Below the pieces are notes generated by a model that was not told where the DNA came from, did not search any database, and was given only the letters and a program-made list of their open reading frames with translations. Shown here piece by piece: positions 36,563 through 45,930 of a stretch of 64,000 nt of DNA (position 1 is its first letter; each line of letters starts with the position of its first letter). This DNA comes from a bacterium (GTDB taxonomy: Bacteria; Eisenbacteria; RBG-16-71-46; CAIMUX01). The translations under genes and the position numbers were made by a program. The DNA lies in assembly GCA_030431975.1 (NCBI GenBank), contig JAUIHP010000007.1, forward strand, positions 66,554-130,553, given 5' to 3'.

Positions 36563-39500
36563 TACTTCCGTCCCCCCGAAAAGTCGTAGCCGTATCTCTC
36601 GCTGTGGATCGTTCCGCCGAGGCCGACGTCGGCGCCTGCACCCGCTTCGTCTCCGTGATCGTGACCGCAGGTGTACTGATGCGTGTGGCTGAGTGCGTAG
36701 CTGGATGCGGTGGGCGGTCCTTGGGCCTTGTCCCGGGACGGGACTCCCGTCTTGCGCGCCTTGGCGATCAGGGTCTTCCGCTCTTCGGCGAGAAGATCAC
36801 GACGCTCGAGGTCGACGTCCCGATCGAAGTAGAGATGGCCGTCGACCCAGGTTTGCACACAGATCGAACCGGTGGAGTGCGGGCTCCCGTTCCAAACGGC
36901 GAAGTCCGCATCCTTGCCGACCTCCAGGCTTCCCAACCGCTGGTCGAAGCCGAGCTGCGTCGCCACGTTCAGTGTGACCATCTTGAGCGCTTCCTCGGGA
37001 TCGACGCCTCCGTACTTGATGGCCTTCGTTCCTTCCAGATTCATGCGGCGCGCAAGCTCGGAACTGTCGGACTTCATCGTCACGTTGACGCCCCGGTCAT
37101 GCATGATGGCAGCGGCGTGCGGAATGGCGTCGTAGACTTCGGGCTTGTAGGCCCACCAGTCCGAGAAGGTCGATCCCATTGCGCCGTGCTCGGCCATCTC
37201 GTCGGCGACCTTGTAGCCTTCAAGGATGTGCTGGAACGTACGAATGCGGAATCCAAAGGACTCGGCCAGCCGCATGAGCATGAGGATCTCGTCCTGACGG
37301 TACGAGTGACAGTGGATGAAGCGCTCGCCGTTCAGAATTTCGACGAGCGCATCCAGCTCGAGGTCGCGACGCGGCGGAATGGTCTGCGCTTTGATCTTTC
37401 GGGAGAGCGCGCCGTACCGCTTCCACTCTTCCGCATAGTCGATGGCCGCGAGAAAGCGTTCGCGCATCCACTGCTCGACACCCATTCGACTTTTTGGATA
37501 GCGCGTCTTGTACGCATCGCCCCAGCTTCGTTGCGTCACGTTCTCTCCGAGGGCGAACTTGATGCCGGGAGGCGCTCCTTGAAGCTTCATCTGTTCAGGA
37601 GTGGCGCCCCATCGGAGCTTGACCACGGCGTTCTGTCCGCCGATGGGATTGGCGGATCCGTGAAGTAGGTTGGCCAGGGTCAGACCGCCGGCGAGTTGCC
37701 GGTAGATGTGCGTCGTGCGGCTGTTGACGACATCGCCGATCCGAACCATGGCGCTGGAGGAAAGAGTCCACTCGTTGACGCCGCCGACGATCATGGAGTG
37801 GCTGTGGCAATCCATCAGTCCGGGAGTGACGTGCAGGCCCGCGCCGTCGACGACTTGCGCAGACGAGGACGCGCTGAGTCCTGTGCCGACAGCTGCGATC
37901 TTCCCGTTCCGAACGAGTAGGTCCGCGTTCTCGATGATGCCGTCCGGTCCGCAGGTCCAGAGAGTCGCTCCCTGCACCAGAACTTCGGTCGGCGTTTCGA
38001 TGGGGCCTTCGGTGAAGGCAGCGGGAGTTTCCGGATCGAGCGGCTTTTCCTTCTTCTGCTCCTTCGCAGGAGGTGGCGGACCTTGAAGTCGGACTCCGCG
38101 AATCCGCTGGACCTGCCCGTTGACCGTGAAGAAGCCTTGGCGTCCATCGAGGTACGCGTCGCGTAGGAACAGCAGTTCGAGGCCGGCGTCGTTCTCGTTC
38201 CAGCGGATGTCGAGCGTGTCGGACGCTGCGATGACGGTGTCGACGAAGGTGGCGGCGACACGAGGTTGTACAGCGTCGCCCAGATCCTTCGACCAGGACA
38301 CCATGAGGGAGTCACCCTCGCCTTCGATCTGAAGCCAGGACGCCTCGGCCCCGGTATCGGCCCCGGTATCGGCCCCGGCAATCGACTCCAGACGCCAAAG
38401 CCCCTGCGGCTTCTTGCGGTCCGCTTCGGACATGCCGACTTCCTGCGGGTGTCCGTCGACCCAAACCGTCCGCACCCGCGTTCCCAACGCGAAGAGTTCG
38501 CCGTCGGTCACGGTCAGGTTGGCGATCTTGCCCTTTTCGATCGTACCCACCCGGTCGAGGACGCCGTGTGTCCTGGCCGCCTCCGTCGTGAAGGCGCGAA
38601 GAACGGTTTCGGCGTCCAGTCCCCGGCTTTGGGCAGCACGAATCATGCGAGGGAGAAAATCGGGCTTCCGCAGTCGATCCGTAGTCAGGGCGAACTTGAT
38701 TCCTGCGCGAGCGAGAGACGCGGGATTGGAAGGCGCGCGGTCCCAACTGCGGAGCGACTCGATCGAGACGTCATGCGCGGCGAGCTCGTCTTCGATCCAC
38801 GGCGCGTCGGGGAAAGCCACCGGTACGATGAGCGGGTAACCGAGGTCCTGCACTTCCTGAAGATATCGATACTCTTCACCACTACACCGAAGCACGGTCC
38901 GAAGACCGAACTCGCGAGAGACTTGCCCGGCCCGGAGGGTCGCAAGAACATCGTCCGTTTCCAGGAACACGTTCTCCAGCCCCTGAACCGTGCGAGCCAA
39001 CGCATCGAGAGATTCGTTCTGCTCGGGGCGCTCCTGTCCTCGCGGGTTGGAGTCATAGATGTTCGCGGCGTCGAGATGATGTTGCGCGTCGAGCAGCGTC
39101 TGCCGCATGAGTGCAACGACGCCCATCATCGACCGCGGATAGTCATCCGGTCCTGAGCCCATATCGAAGGCCAGACACTGACCGTTGGAAGGACGCAGCT
39201 CGACATCGGTCGCTCTTCCCTCACGCAAAGAGAGCAGCGTTCCGCGTCCTCGGAAAATGCCGTCGTCGGGAACGAGATAAGCGGTGGTGAACCCCAACTG
39301 GTGGAACGCCTCCCAATCCTTGGCAGTGAAGTCCCGACCCGTCGTCACGTTCGTTTCCGGGTGAACTCTCGGGTGCGGATGGCCCCGTCCGGGAACCGGT
39401 GGCTCTTCCGGCGGACCCTGGTGCGGCGGCTCCTTCTTGGCCTCTTTTTCGAGACGGGAGGCGCGAAGGTAGGGCTCGATCAGGCCCGGATAGACGGTCA

Positions 39501-39978
39501 GCCCTTCCATGGACCAGATGCGGGCGTCCGGCGGTACCGACACGTCGCGGCCGACCGCCTCGATGACGCCGTCGCGAAGGACGATCGTGCCGTCTTCGAT
39601 GAGTTGCCCGGGGGTGGGCACGATGCGTGCACCGACCAGAGCGTGAACCCTCGGCCCCTCGTTGAACGATAGGTATGGCGTCGGATCTGCGTCCGCCAAC
39701 GTCGTCCCGAGGCCGAGAGCCAGAAGAAGACACAAGGCCTGAAGACTCCACCGACGAATGGCTTCGGACTTTGAGCGTCTAGTTGTCCGTGCGAACGAGA
39801 ACGAATCGGATTCGTGTGCAGGATTCCACCGCATCGATGGACGACTCCTCTCCCAGTGAGAATCGTGGATGGACGGAACAAGCGCGGCGCGTCCATTCGG
39901 ATTGTTGATCGGGGGAGAGGCTAGCAGAAGGACGGGTGGCGAGCGAACTCGCCGTCCCGAAGGAGGAAATCCCCACAC
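36562..39978 (-). CDS. large secreted protein with two tandem amidohydrolase domains
   Basis: Two repeats of the amidohydrolase fold: 'GLTVYPGLIEPY...' and 'GLHVTPGLMDCHSHSMIVG...'. C-terminal 'DADFAVWNGSP'. The start is uncertain, around 39760-39978, and it is translationally coupled to the downstream amidohydrolase pseudogene. Confidence 0.8.
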   Translation of the reverse strand: MWGFPPSGRRVRSPPVLLLASPPINNPNGRAALVPSIHDSHWERSRPSMRWNPAHESDSFSFARTTRRSKSEAIRRWSLQALCLLLALGLGTTLADADPTPYLSFNEGPRVHALVGARIVPTPGQLIEDGTIVLRDGVIEAVGRDVSVPPDARIWSMEGLTVYPGLIEPYLRASRLEKEAKKEPPHQGPPEEPPVPGRGHPHPRVHPETNVTTGRDFTAKDWEAFHQLGFTTAYLVPDDGIFRGRGTLLSLREGRATDVELRPSNGQCLAFDMGSGPDDYPRSMMGVVALMRQTLLDAQHHLDAANIYDSNPRGQERPEQNESLDALARTVQGLENVFLETDDVLATLRAGQVSREFGLRTVLRCSGEEYRYLQEVQDLGYPLIVPVAFPDAPWIEDELAAHDVSIESLRSWDRAPSNPASLARAGIKFALTTDRLRKPDFLPRMIRAAQSRGLDAETVLRAFTTEAARTHGVLDRVGTIEKGKIANLTVTDGELFALGTRVRTVWVDGHPQEVGMSEADRKKPQGLWRLESIAGADTGADTGAEASWLQIEGEGDSLMVSWSKDLGDAVQPRVAATFVDTVIAASDTLDIRWNENDAGLELLFLRDAYLDGRQGFFTVNGQVQRIRGVRLQGPPPPAKEQKKEKPLDPETPAAFTEGPIETPTEVLVQGATLWTCGPDGIIENADLLVRNGKIAAVGTGLSASSSAQVVDGAGLHVTPGLMDCHSHSMIVGGVNEWTLSSSAMVRIGDVVNSRTTHIYRQLAGGLTLANLLHGSANPIGGQNAVVKLRWGATPEQMKLQGAPPGIKFALGENVTQRSWGDAYKTRYPKSRMGVEQWMRERFLAAIDYAEEWKRYGALSRKIKAQTIPPRRDLELDALVEILNGERFIHCHSYRQDEILMLMRLAESFGFRIRTFQHILEGYKVADEMAEHGAMGSTFSDWWAYKPEVYDAIPHAAAIMHDRGVNVTMKSDSSELARRMNLEGTKAIKYGGVDPEEALKMVTLNVATQLGFDQRLGSLEVGKDADFAVWNGSPHSTGSICVQTWVDGHLYFDRDVDLERRDLLAEERKTLIAKARKTGVPSRDKAQGPPTASSYALSHTHQYTCGHDHGDEAGAGADVGLGGTIHSERYGYDFSGGRK

Positions 39979-39992
39979 AACATACGTGTCTT

Positions 39993-40184
39993 AGCCCTAA
40001 TTGGGCAAAACTCGTCGGCGCAAACCGCCTTTGGCTCGCGCCAGAGCACACCATTCGCGGCCGTGCTCGCCTTCGCCAATGCTCACCTAGGCTGGGCTAG
40101 GCTCCGCTTGGCTCAGGCTGCGCGCGGCCCCGACTGGTGCACTCTGACGCGTTTTCGCTCGACGATTTTTGCCCAATCAGGGTT
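39993..40184. repeat. MITE-like element: ~23-bp terminal inverted repeats (ccctAattgggcaaaaCtcgtcg / rc ccctGattgggcaaaaAtcgtcg) flanking ~145 bp
   Basis: Read directly from the sequence, with 21 of 23 positions matching. It sits at the left edge of the lower-GC insertion. Confidence 0.45.
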
Positions 40185-40869
40185 AGAGACTAGGGTCAGA
40201 AATGACATTTCTAGAAGGTATCCAACTGAGCTACGGGAGCAGTGTGGCCGCCTGAAATCGCTTTCGGACCGCCCGAGTCGCCTCGGGGCTGTTGTGCCGC
40301 GAAGCCACACCTCGAACGCATCTCTATGCCGAGACACGTGGTGGCCGTAGAGCGCCGCCTCTAAGCATGCTCGGAGCAGCGCGTAGGATTCCATCACCTG
40401 TCCACTCAGGACCATCCGGAGCGCGCCGAGATAGCTGCTATGGGCTCGGAGTAGAAAGAGCCCCGCCAAAGATCGGTCAGAGTTGTCGAGGTGCGCCGCG
40501 AACTCATTCTGGCGCGTCAGATTCAGGAACTTGGTAACCCATCAGTTCCCCAACCTTTCGGCTCTTCCATTACCCGCCTTTAAGGTCGGCGTTCTCGGCG
40601 GCATCACACCTCCAGATGCGCACGAAGCGCGGCATCCGTCGCCAGGCAAAGCTGAAGGAGCTCTCCGATGGCGTAACGGGCTAGATGCAGAATGTTCGAG
40701 TAGGGATCGTTTCGAGCACACTCGCTCTTCCTTACCTGTCGGCCGGAGTCCGTCTTGGCCGATGAGTCCTTCGGTCACGACGAGAACGTCCGTTCCCACG
40801 GGGATCTCTCGTTGGCGTCGGTCACAGTTCATGATCTCACCTCCGTTCTGAGTCGTGCGGGGTCGGGTT

Positions 40870-41517
40870 CATGAGGTTTGAACTGGAACGCCTGGGACCC
40901 CGAAAACCTGGGCTCTTGGGCCCCGCCCGAGCTGCTCGGCGAAGCCCGGGCGAATCAGGGCAACGGTTAAGAACCCGCCGTGACCCCGTACAACCATGTC
41001 ACGCAGCGCAGAAGAAACGTATTGTCCTCGACGTCAATCGACGACCGAGCGACACCGTGCCAAGAACTGCAGCCGTACCGGGTGAGTGTCCGACTCGTGC
41101 GGGAGAGAACGGACGATCCGATCCTCTGCAATCAGCGGGAACCGATCAGACGACCCGAGCAGGTCCGCGACCTTTGACCCAGGCAGGTACACTGGACCGG
41201 GAGGTCTTCTATTGCCCTCCATCTCGACACGCGACACCGCCTCATCTCGTACGAAGCAGTCAGCACCGGATCGCTCAATGCTTCGATCGTCCACCCCCGT
41301 GAAAGTCTATAAAGCCGCGATCCTCAGCTCAGCAGCAGCGATCATCGTCGCACACAACCACCCCAGCGGCGACCCGACCCCGTCACAGGACGACATCGAA
41401 ATCACGGGGCGCCTGCACGAGGCAGGGGAGCTGCTCGGAGTCGAGCTACTCGACCACGTTGTAGTTGCTACAGGCGGCTATCGAAATCTTCAAGTGAACT
41501 CACTGAGCGGAGGGTGA
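40870..41517 (+). pseudogene. decayed RadC-like (JAB/MPN domain) gene remnant
   Basis: Frame 41086..41517 encodes 'VKVYKAAILSSAAAIIVAHNHPSGDPTPSQDDIEITGRLHEAGELLGVELLDHVVV', the RadC JAB motif HNHPSG. The upstream RadC-like segments lie in other frames, which indicates frameshifts. Confidence 0.55.
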
Positions 41518-41706
41518 CGAAGGTGCTTCGCCTAACGTACACGCTATCAGTCATTTAGGTGCTGTGGCGCCGTTTGCCGCACCTGTCCGGCGCGACCGGT
41601 GGCGGATTACCCGAACAACGCTCTTCCTTCCGAAGACCTGAAGTGGCAAGTTCTTTCGGTGATCTGCCGAATCCTTGTCTAAGCTGGGCTACACAACCAC
41701 CGGGCC

Positions 41707-43017
41707 TTGAGGCGAGGCGTCCGTGATGGCGTCGGCCGCACAGACACCCGGCCCATGGGACACGCCAACGAGATGGTTCCCAAGAACGTCAACAGCAAGA
41801 GCAAGCTGGGCCGCGGCGGCTCGAAGGATGCCGCGGGTTCCGATCTTGGATTCTCCCTCCAGCGAACTCGGTTCCTTGCTCGGCTCCTTGAGGCGGAGCC
41901 CGGTGATACTGTGTGCCTCGAGGTCTTCGATGATGTGCGCGTAGAGACGCACGACGGCCAAGTCCTGGCTGAGGAAGACAAGAGCTCGGTTTCTGGAAAC
42001 GCACTAACCGACCGCTCCGTGAATCTATGGAAGACCCTGGCGAACTGGGTAGTTGCTGCGCAAGAGATCGATATCTCTGCGACACGGTTTGAGATTTACC
42101 TCGGCCGTCCGGGTGGCGGGTCCTTTAGCAATCTGTTCAAGGCAGCCGGAACGACGGAAGAGGCTATTGCCGCGCTAGAGACTGTCCGCAGCGACCTCTG
42201 GGGACCAGGACCCCGCTACCCCACGCGCGGCGAGGTAGCCGACTCCATAGCTGGTTACGTGGAGACTGTGTTTGGGAGCATAACAGTCTCCGCGCAGATC
42301 ATAGCGCAACTAGACATCGAGGTTGGATCCGGGGACCAGCACGCAGATCTCAAGCCGATCTTTCTCTCCAAGCTGGTGAGTGATGACGCCCTAAGCGACG
42401 TTGCACAATGGTCCCACGGCTGGGTAAAGACCAGAATTGACCGCTTGAGCGAGAAGAAGCAACCAGCGAGGATCAGCCGGGATGAGTTCCACCGGGCGCT
42501 ATTGAACTTCGTCCGTGCCCACGACCGCCTCGACATACTTCATAGTTTCGCCGGTCGGCCCACCCCCGCGCAGGTTCACAGCGAACGACTGCGGAACTAC
42601 GTTGCGCAGCTCGAAATCGTGGACGAAGACGACGTTTCTATCCTTGGTGCTATCAATGACTACCTGATGGCCGCCGCCGACCGAACTGCATGGGCTGACC
42701 GTGGAGACATTGATCCTGCGGCTTTCGGGCGCCTCGAAGGGGACCTAGAGCGAACCTGGTCGAATCTCAAGAAACAGGTCTCGATCGAGCACAACAAGAA
42801 GTCCCCAATGGATCGAGGACGGCTTGTTTGCCTGAAATGCCTTCAACATCGGTTCGAACTGGGCGGGCTAGCACTTCCAACTCACTTTGTGCCCGGCAGC
42901 TTTCATGCTCTCTCCGACGATCTCCGGATCGGCTGGCATCCTGACTACCGCCATCTTCTCAAGACCCACAAGAGCCGATGGACTCCAGAAATGGTGACTG
43001 CTGATGGCGACGCTTGA
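41707..43017 (+). CDS. hypothetical protein, first gene of ABC-3C-like three-gene module (candidate effector/sensor component)
   Basis: A 436-aa ORF with no recognisable domain. Its codon usage is atypical for the window (cta, ata, aga and agt codons). A 14-nt overlap with the next gene indicates translational coupling. The start is uncertain: TTG 41707, ATG 41755 or ATG 41773. Confidence 0.55.
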   Translation: MRRGVRDGVGRTDTRPMGHANEMVPKNVNSKSKLGRGGSKDAAGSDLGFSLQRTRFLARLLEAEPGDTVCLEVFDDVRVETHDGQVLAEEDKSSVSGNALTDRSVNLWKTLANWVVAAQEIDISATRFEIYLGRPGGGSFSNLFKAAGTTEEAIAALETVRSDLWGPGPRYPTRGEVADSIAGYVETVFGSITVSAQIIAQLDIEVGSGDQHADLKPIFLSKLVSDDALSDVAQWSHGWVKTRIDRLSEKKQPARISRDEFHRALLNFVRAHDRLDILHSFAGRPTPAQVHSERLRNYVAQLEIVDEDDVSILGAINDYLMAAADRTAWADRGDIDPAAFGRLEGDLERTWSNLKKQVSIEHNKKSPMDRGRLVCLKCLQHRFELGGLALPTHFVPGSFHALSDDLRIGWHPDYRHLLKTHKSRWTPEMVTADGDA

Positions 43018-43507
43018 TCGCGAAACGCAGCTTGTGCAGAATCCCGCTCTTGGCGCGGGCATCGTCTGGAGACTATCTGTAGGGTATCGCGAGAATCATC
43101 GTACCCATGGTCACCTTCCTCTACCACTCGCGTTCTTGGCTATTCCACTCCTGTATCACTCCGAAACACATCGTATCATCCAATCCACCCAGCGGCGAAC
43201 CGGCCTGCGAGCGTTTGTGGATAAATGTAAAGCGCCGAAGGAGAACAGGAGTGATTTGATTTTCGGACTTCATGATCGGAGCAGGCACTTCCGTCCACTT
43301 ACGTGGAGTTCACTTCGTATTGCTGTCGAGACTTGCCTAGTGTCAGTCGACCCCGCAACCGCTATGATTGTACCGACCAGCACGACAGAGCCAAGAGGCC
43401 TTCCATCTGACACTCGATCGCACCTACGAAACGCAAGCAAGATCGGTGCCTGGTTCTCAGAGTTAACTGTGTATGAAGTGAGTACAATTCTGCGAGTTAG
43501 ATTCTGA
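43004..43507 (+). CDS. small 'middle component' protein of ABC-3C-like module
   Basis: A 167-aa ORF whose 3' end abuts the ATPase gene start (stop 43507, start 43508) and whose 5' end overlaps the upstream gene. Its size and position fit the MC component of ABC-three-component systems. Confidence 0.5.
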   Translation: MATLDRETQLVQNPALGAGIVWRLSVGYRENHRTHGHLPLPLAFLAIPLLYHSETHRIIQSTQRRTGLRAFVDKCKAPKENRSDLIFGLHDRSRHFRPLTWSSLRIAVETCLVSVDPATAMIVPTSTTEPRGLPSDTRSHLRNASKIGAWFSELTVYEVSTILRVRF

Positions 43508-45487
43508 ATGCTGTTTCAGCTGAAGAAAGTAGTGCTTTGGCCGCGGAAGCCCGGGCTAGAGCCCAGGGTCCTCAACTTCCTCTCGGCAGCGGTAAACGTG
43601 ATTAGCGGGGCGTCGAAGACGGGGAAATCCGCGATCATTCCGATTGTCGACTACTGTCTTTGTAGCAGCGAGTGCAAGATACCGGTTGATGTTATCCGCA
43701 ACACGTGTGGGTGGTTCGGAATCGTCATTCAGACCGCAGACGGCGAGAAGCTTCTCGCTCGTCGAGAACCGGGCGACCAACAATCAACTGGCGATATGTT
43801 CTTCGCAGAAGATCGTACCGAAGTTGAGATACCCTTCGAGATCGATGCCAAGAACGCCACGGCCGACCGACTGCGAAAGTACCTCGACGAGCTTTCGGGC
43901 CTCTCGAATCTGGATTTCGATCTCGCCGATACCCAGAGTGGGTTCCGCGGGCGTCCTAGCTTTGGCGATATGAAGGCGTTCTGCTTTCAACCGCAGAACA
44001 TCGTAGCGAATCCGGACGTGCTCTTCTTCAAGGCGGATACCTATGAACATCGCGAGAAGCTCAAGACAGTCTTCCCATATGTTCTCGGCGCGGTTACCCC
44101 AGCGATACTCGCGGCGCAGCACGAAGAACGCCTTCTGAAGCGCGAGCTTCAGAAGCGGGCAAGGGACCTCGCAGTCCTGCAGCAGGCCTCGACGCGCTGG
44201 CAGGCCCAGGTCCGATCCTGGGCGATGGAGGCTAGGGATCTGGGGCTCACCGAGCAAGTGTCAGACGATGCCTCTTCGGAGGCCCTGATTACATTGCTCC
44301 GCGAACTACCTGAAGTGCGCGGGACGACGAGCCCTACCTCCGAGGGAATCAACGACGTCATTCAGGAGGTCATCTCCCTTCGTGCGGAGGAGTCCGACGT
44401 TGCTGGGCGTCTGTCTGCACTTCGAAGGCGTCTCGAAGAGATGTCCAAACTGCGGGAGAGCTTGGCCGCCTTCCAGGCTGCACTAGAAACCCAACGCGAC
44501 AGACTCTCAATCTCTTCGTGGCTTCAGTCCTTGGTCTCGGAAGAAACCGGTTGTCCACTATGTCACAGCTCCGTGGCATCCGGGGGGACGGAGCTTGACG
44601 AACTCTGTCGATCGTTAGCCGGCGTTGAACGGGACGCGAATCTCATGCATCAAACGCCAGCGTCATTTGATCGAGAGCTTCTCCGTGTCAAGGAGGAGAT
44701 CCAGAATGCTACCGAAAGCCTGCGTGGCGTGCGGCTGAGATTGGCGAGTGCCGAGGAACGGACCGCGGCCGCGAGGACGAATCGGTACCAGGCAGGGCTC
44801 ATCGATCGCTTTCTTGGCCGCGTGGAACAAGCGCTGACAGCCTACGATGCTAGTGCGAGCGACAGCGAGTTGGCAGCCGAAGTGGATGAGCTTCGGTCAC
44901 GACTACATGCCGTGCAACGGCGCTTCTCGCAGAGCAGTATCGACCGGAATATCGAGAACGCAATCACGCGTTTGACGACCTTGGTTGCAGGAATCCTCCC
45001 CAACCTGGACGCTGAGCGGCCTCGCGATCCGGTCGTTCTCTCCATTAAAGATCTCACTGTCCAAGTTCTTGGCGGAAACCGCCGTGACTACCTCTGGGAG
45101 ATTGGCAGTGGCGCCAACTGGCTTTCGTACCACGTCGCCGTTCTGGTCGCACTTCACGAGTTCTTTTTGGGTCTTGATCACTCCGCGGTGCCCGGGCTCC
45201 TCGTTCTTGATCAACCAAGTCAGGTCTATTTCCCTCGCCGTCTCACTCCGGTAAGGGATGACGCCACAGAGGAGTCCGATCCAACTTTCTCTGATGAGGA
45301 CGTCGAAGCTGTGAGGATGGTGTTCGAAGCTCTTGATGCGGCCATCGAGAGCTCGCGTGAGCAACTGCAGTTTCTCGTTCTCGATCACGCTGGCGAAGAC
45401 GTGTGGCGCGGTCTTCCAAACGTGCACTGCGTGGAAGAGTGGCGGGACGGACGGGCCTTGATTCCAGAGGACTGGTTAACCTCATAG
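43508..45487 (+). CDS. SMC/Rad50-like ABC ATPase of DUF3732 type (ABC-three-component system ATPase)
   Basis: Walker A 'ISGASKTGKSA' at residues 32-42. A long coiled coil spans residues ~200-500, with 'CPLC' at residue ~349, the midpoint, resembling a Rad50 zinc hook. The signature-like block 'EIGSGANWLSYHVAVL' and Walker B/D-loop 'LLVLDQPSQVYFP' lie near the C-terminus. The 659-aa length fits the DUF3732 range. Confidence 0.75.
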   Translation: MLFQLKKVVLWPRKPGLEPRVLNFLSAAVNVISGASKTGKSAIIPIVDYCLCSSECKIPVDVIRNTCGWFGIVIQTADGEKLLARREPGDQQSTGDMFFAEDRTEVEIPFEIDAKNATADRLRKYLDELSGLSNLDFDLADTQSGFRGRPSFGDMKAFCFQPQNIVANPDVLFFKADTYEHREKLKTVFPYVLGAVTPAILAAQHEERLLKRELQKRARDLAVLQQASTRWQAQVRSWAMEARDLGLTEQVSDDASSEALITLLRELPEVRGTTSPTSEGINDVIQEVISLRAEESDVAGRLSALRRRLEEMSKLRESLAAFQAALETQRDRLSISSWLQSLVSEETGCPLCHSSVASGGTELDELCRSLAGVERDANLMHQTPASFDRELLRVKEEIQNATESLRGVRLRLASAEERTAAARTNRYQAGLIDRFLGRVEQALTAYDASASDSELAAEVDELRSRLHAVQRRFSQSSIDRNIENAITRLTTLVAGILPNLDAERPRDPVVLSIKDLTVQVLGGNRRDYLWEIGSGANWLSYHVAVLVALHEFFLGLDHSAVPGLLVLDQPSQVYFPRRLTPVRDDATEESDPTFSDEDVEAVRMVFEALDAAIESSREQLQFLVLDHAGEDVWRGLPNVHCVEEWRDGRALIPEDWLTS

Positions 45488-45574
45488 CAGGGCTCCGGCC
45501 CCACTCTCGACTGTTCAGGCCCCTCGTGCTCGCTCACTTGGTTCTAGTCGAGAACCCCATCTCCTGAGGGAATG

Positions 45575-45758
45575 CTAGCCCGAACTATTCATGAAGGTCT
45601 ACTGCGATGACGAATCTGCCCACAGCTACCGCGTTGCGCTTGCCCTCACTCCTCGACGTAGTGCATCGGCTACGCCTGCGTTGTTCGGGCTGCGCGCGCC
45701 TTGTATCTGCGGCCATCTTCGCCATCTCGCTACGACCTTGATGAATAGTTCGGGCTAG
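45575..45758. repeat. second MITE-like element: ~25-bp terminal inverted repeats (ctagcccgaactattcatGaaggtc / rc ...catCaaggtc) flanking ~135 bp
   Basis: Read directly from the sequence, with 24 of 25 positions matching. Its size and GC-rich internal blocks ('ggctgcgcgcg', 'tgcggcc..tcgcc') resemble those of the element at 39993-40184. Confidence 0.45.
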
Positions 45759-45930
45759 GCTGTGTGAAAAACATACGTTGGGACCGTCTACAGGTAGGTG
45801 CTACGGAGCAGCATCTCAGCATCTCATCCGCGAGCAGCCGGTCCGGATCTCCTTTGACTCAGGGCGATTCACGATGGATGTCGGCACGAGTTCGAACGTC
45901 AATGCACATCGAGGCGAGCCCGGATGCTTG

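Noticed and set aside
38347-38384. Tandem 'ggccccggtatc' x3 looked like a possible CRISPR/minisatellite
   Set aside because: It lies inside the amidohydrolase coding frame, encoding GADTGADTGAEA. It is too short, has no spacers, and is not a CRISPR array.
36604-39156. Plus-strand ORFs (354 and 296 aa) inside the tandem amidohydrolase gene
   Set aside because: They are antisense to conserved amidohydrolase blocks.
40113-40469. 118-aa minus-strand ORF in the island's decayed region
   Set aside because: No domain is recognised, it overlaps the right arm of the inverted-repeat element, and it lies in a region full of frameshifted remnants. It may be a fragment and was not called.
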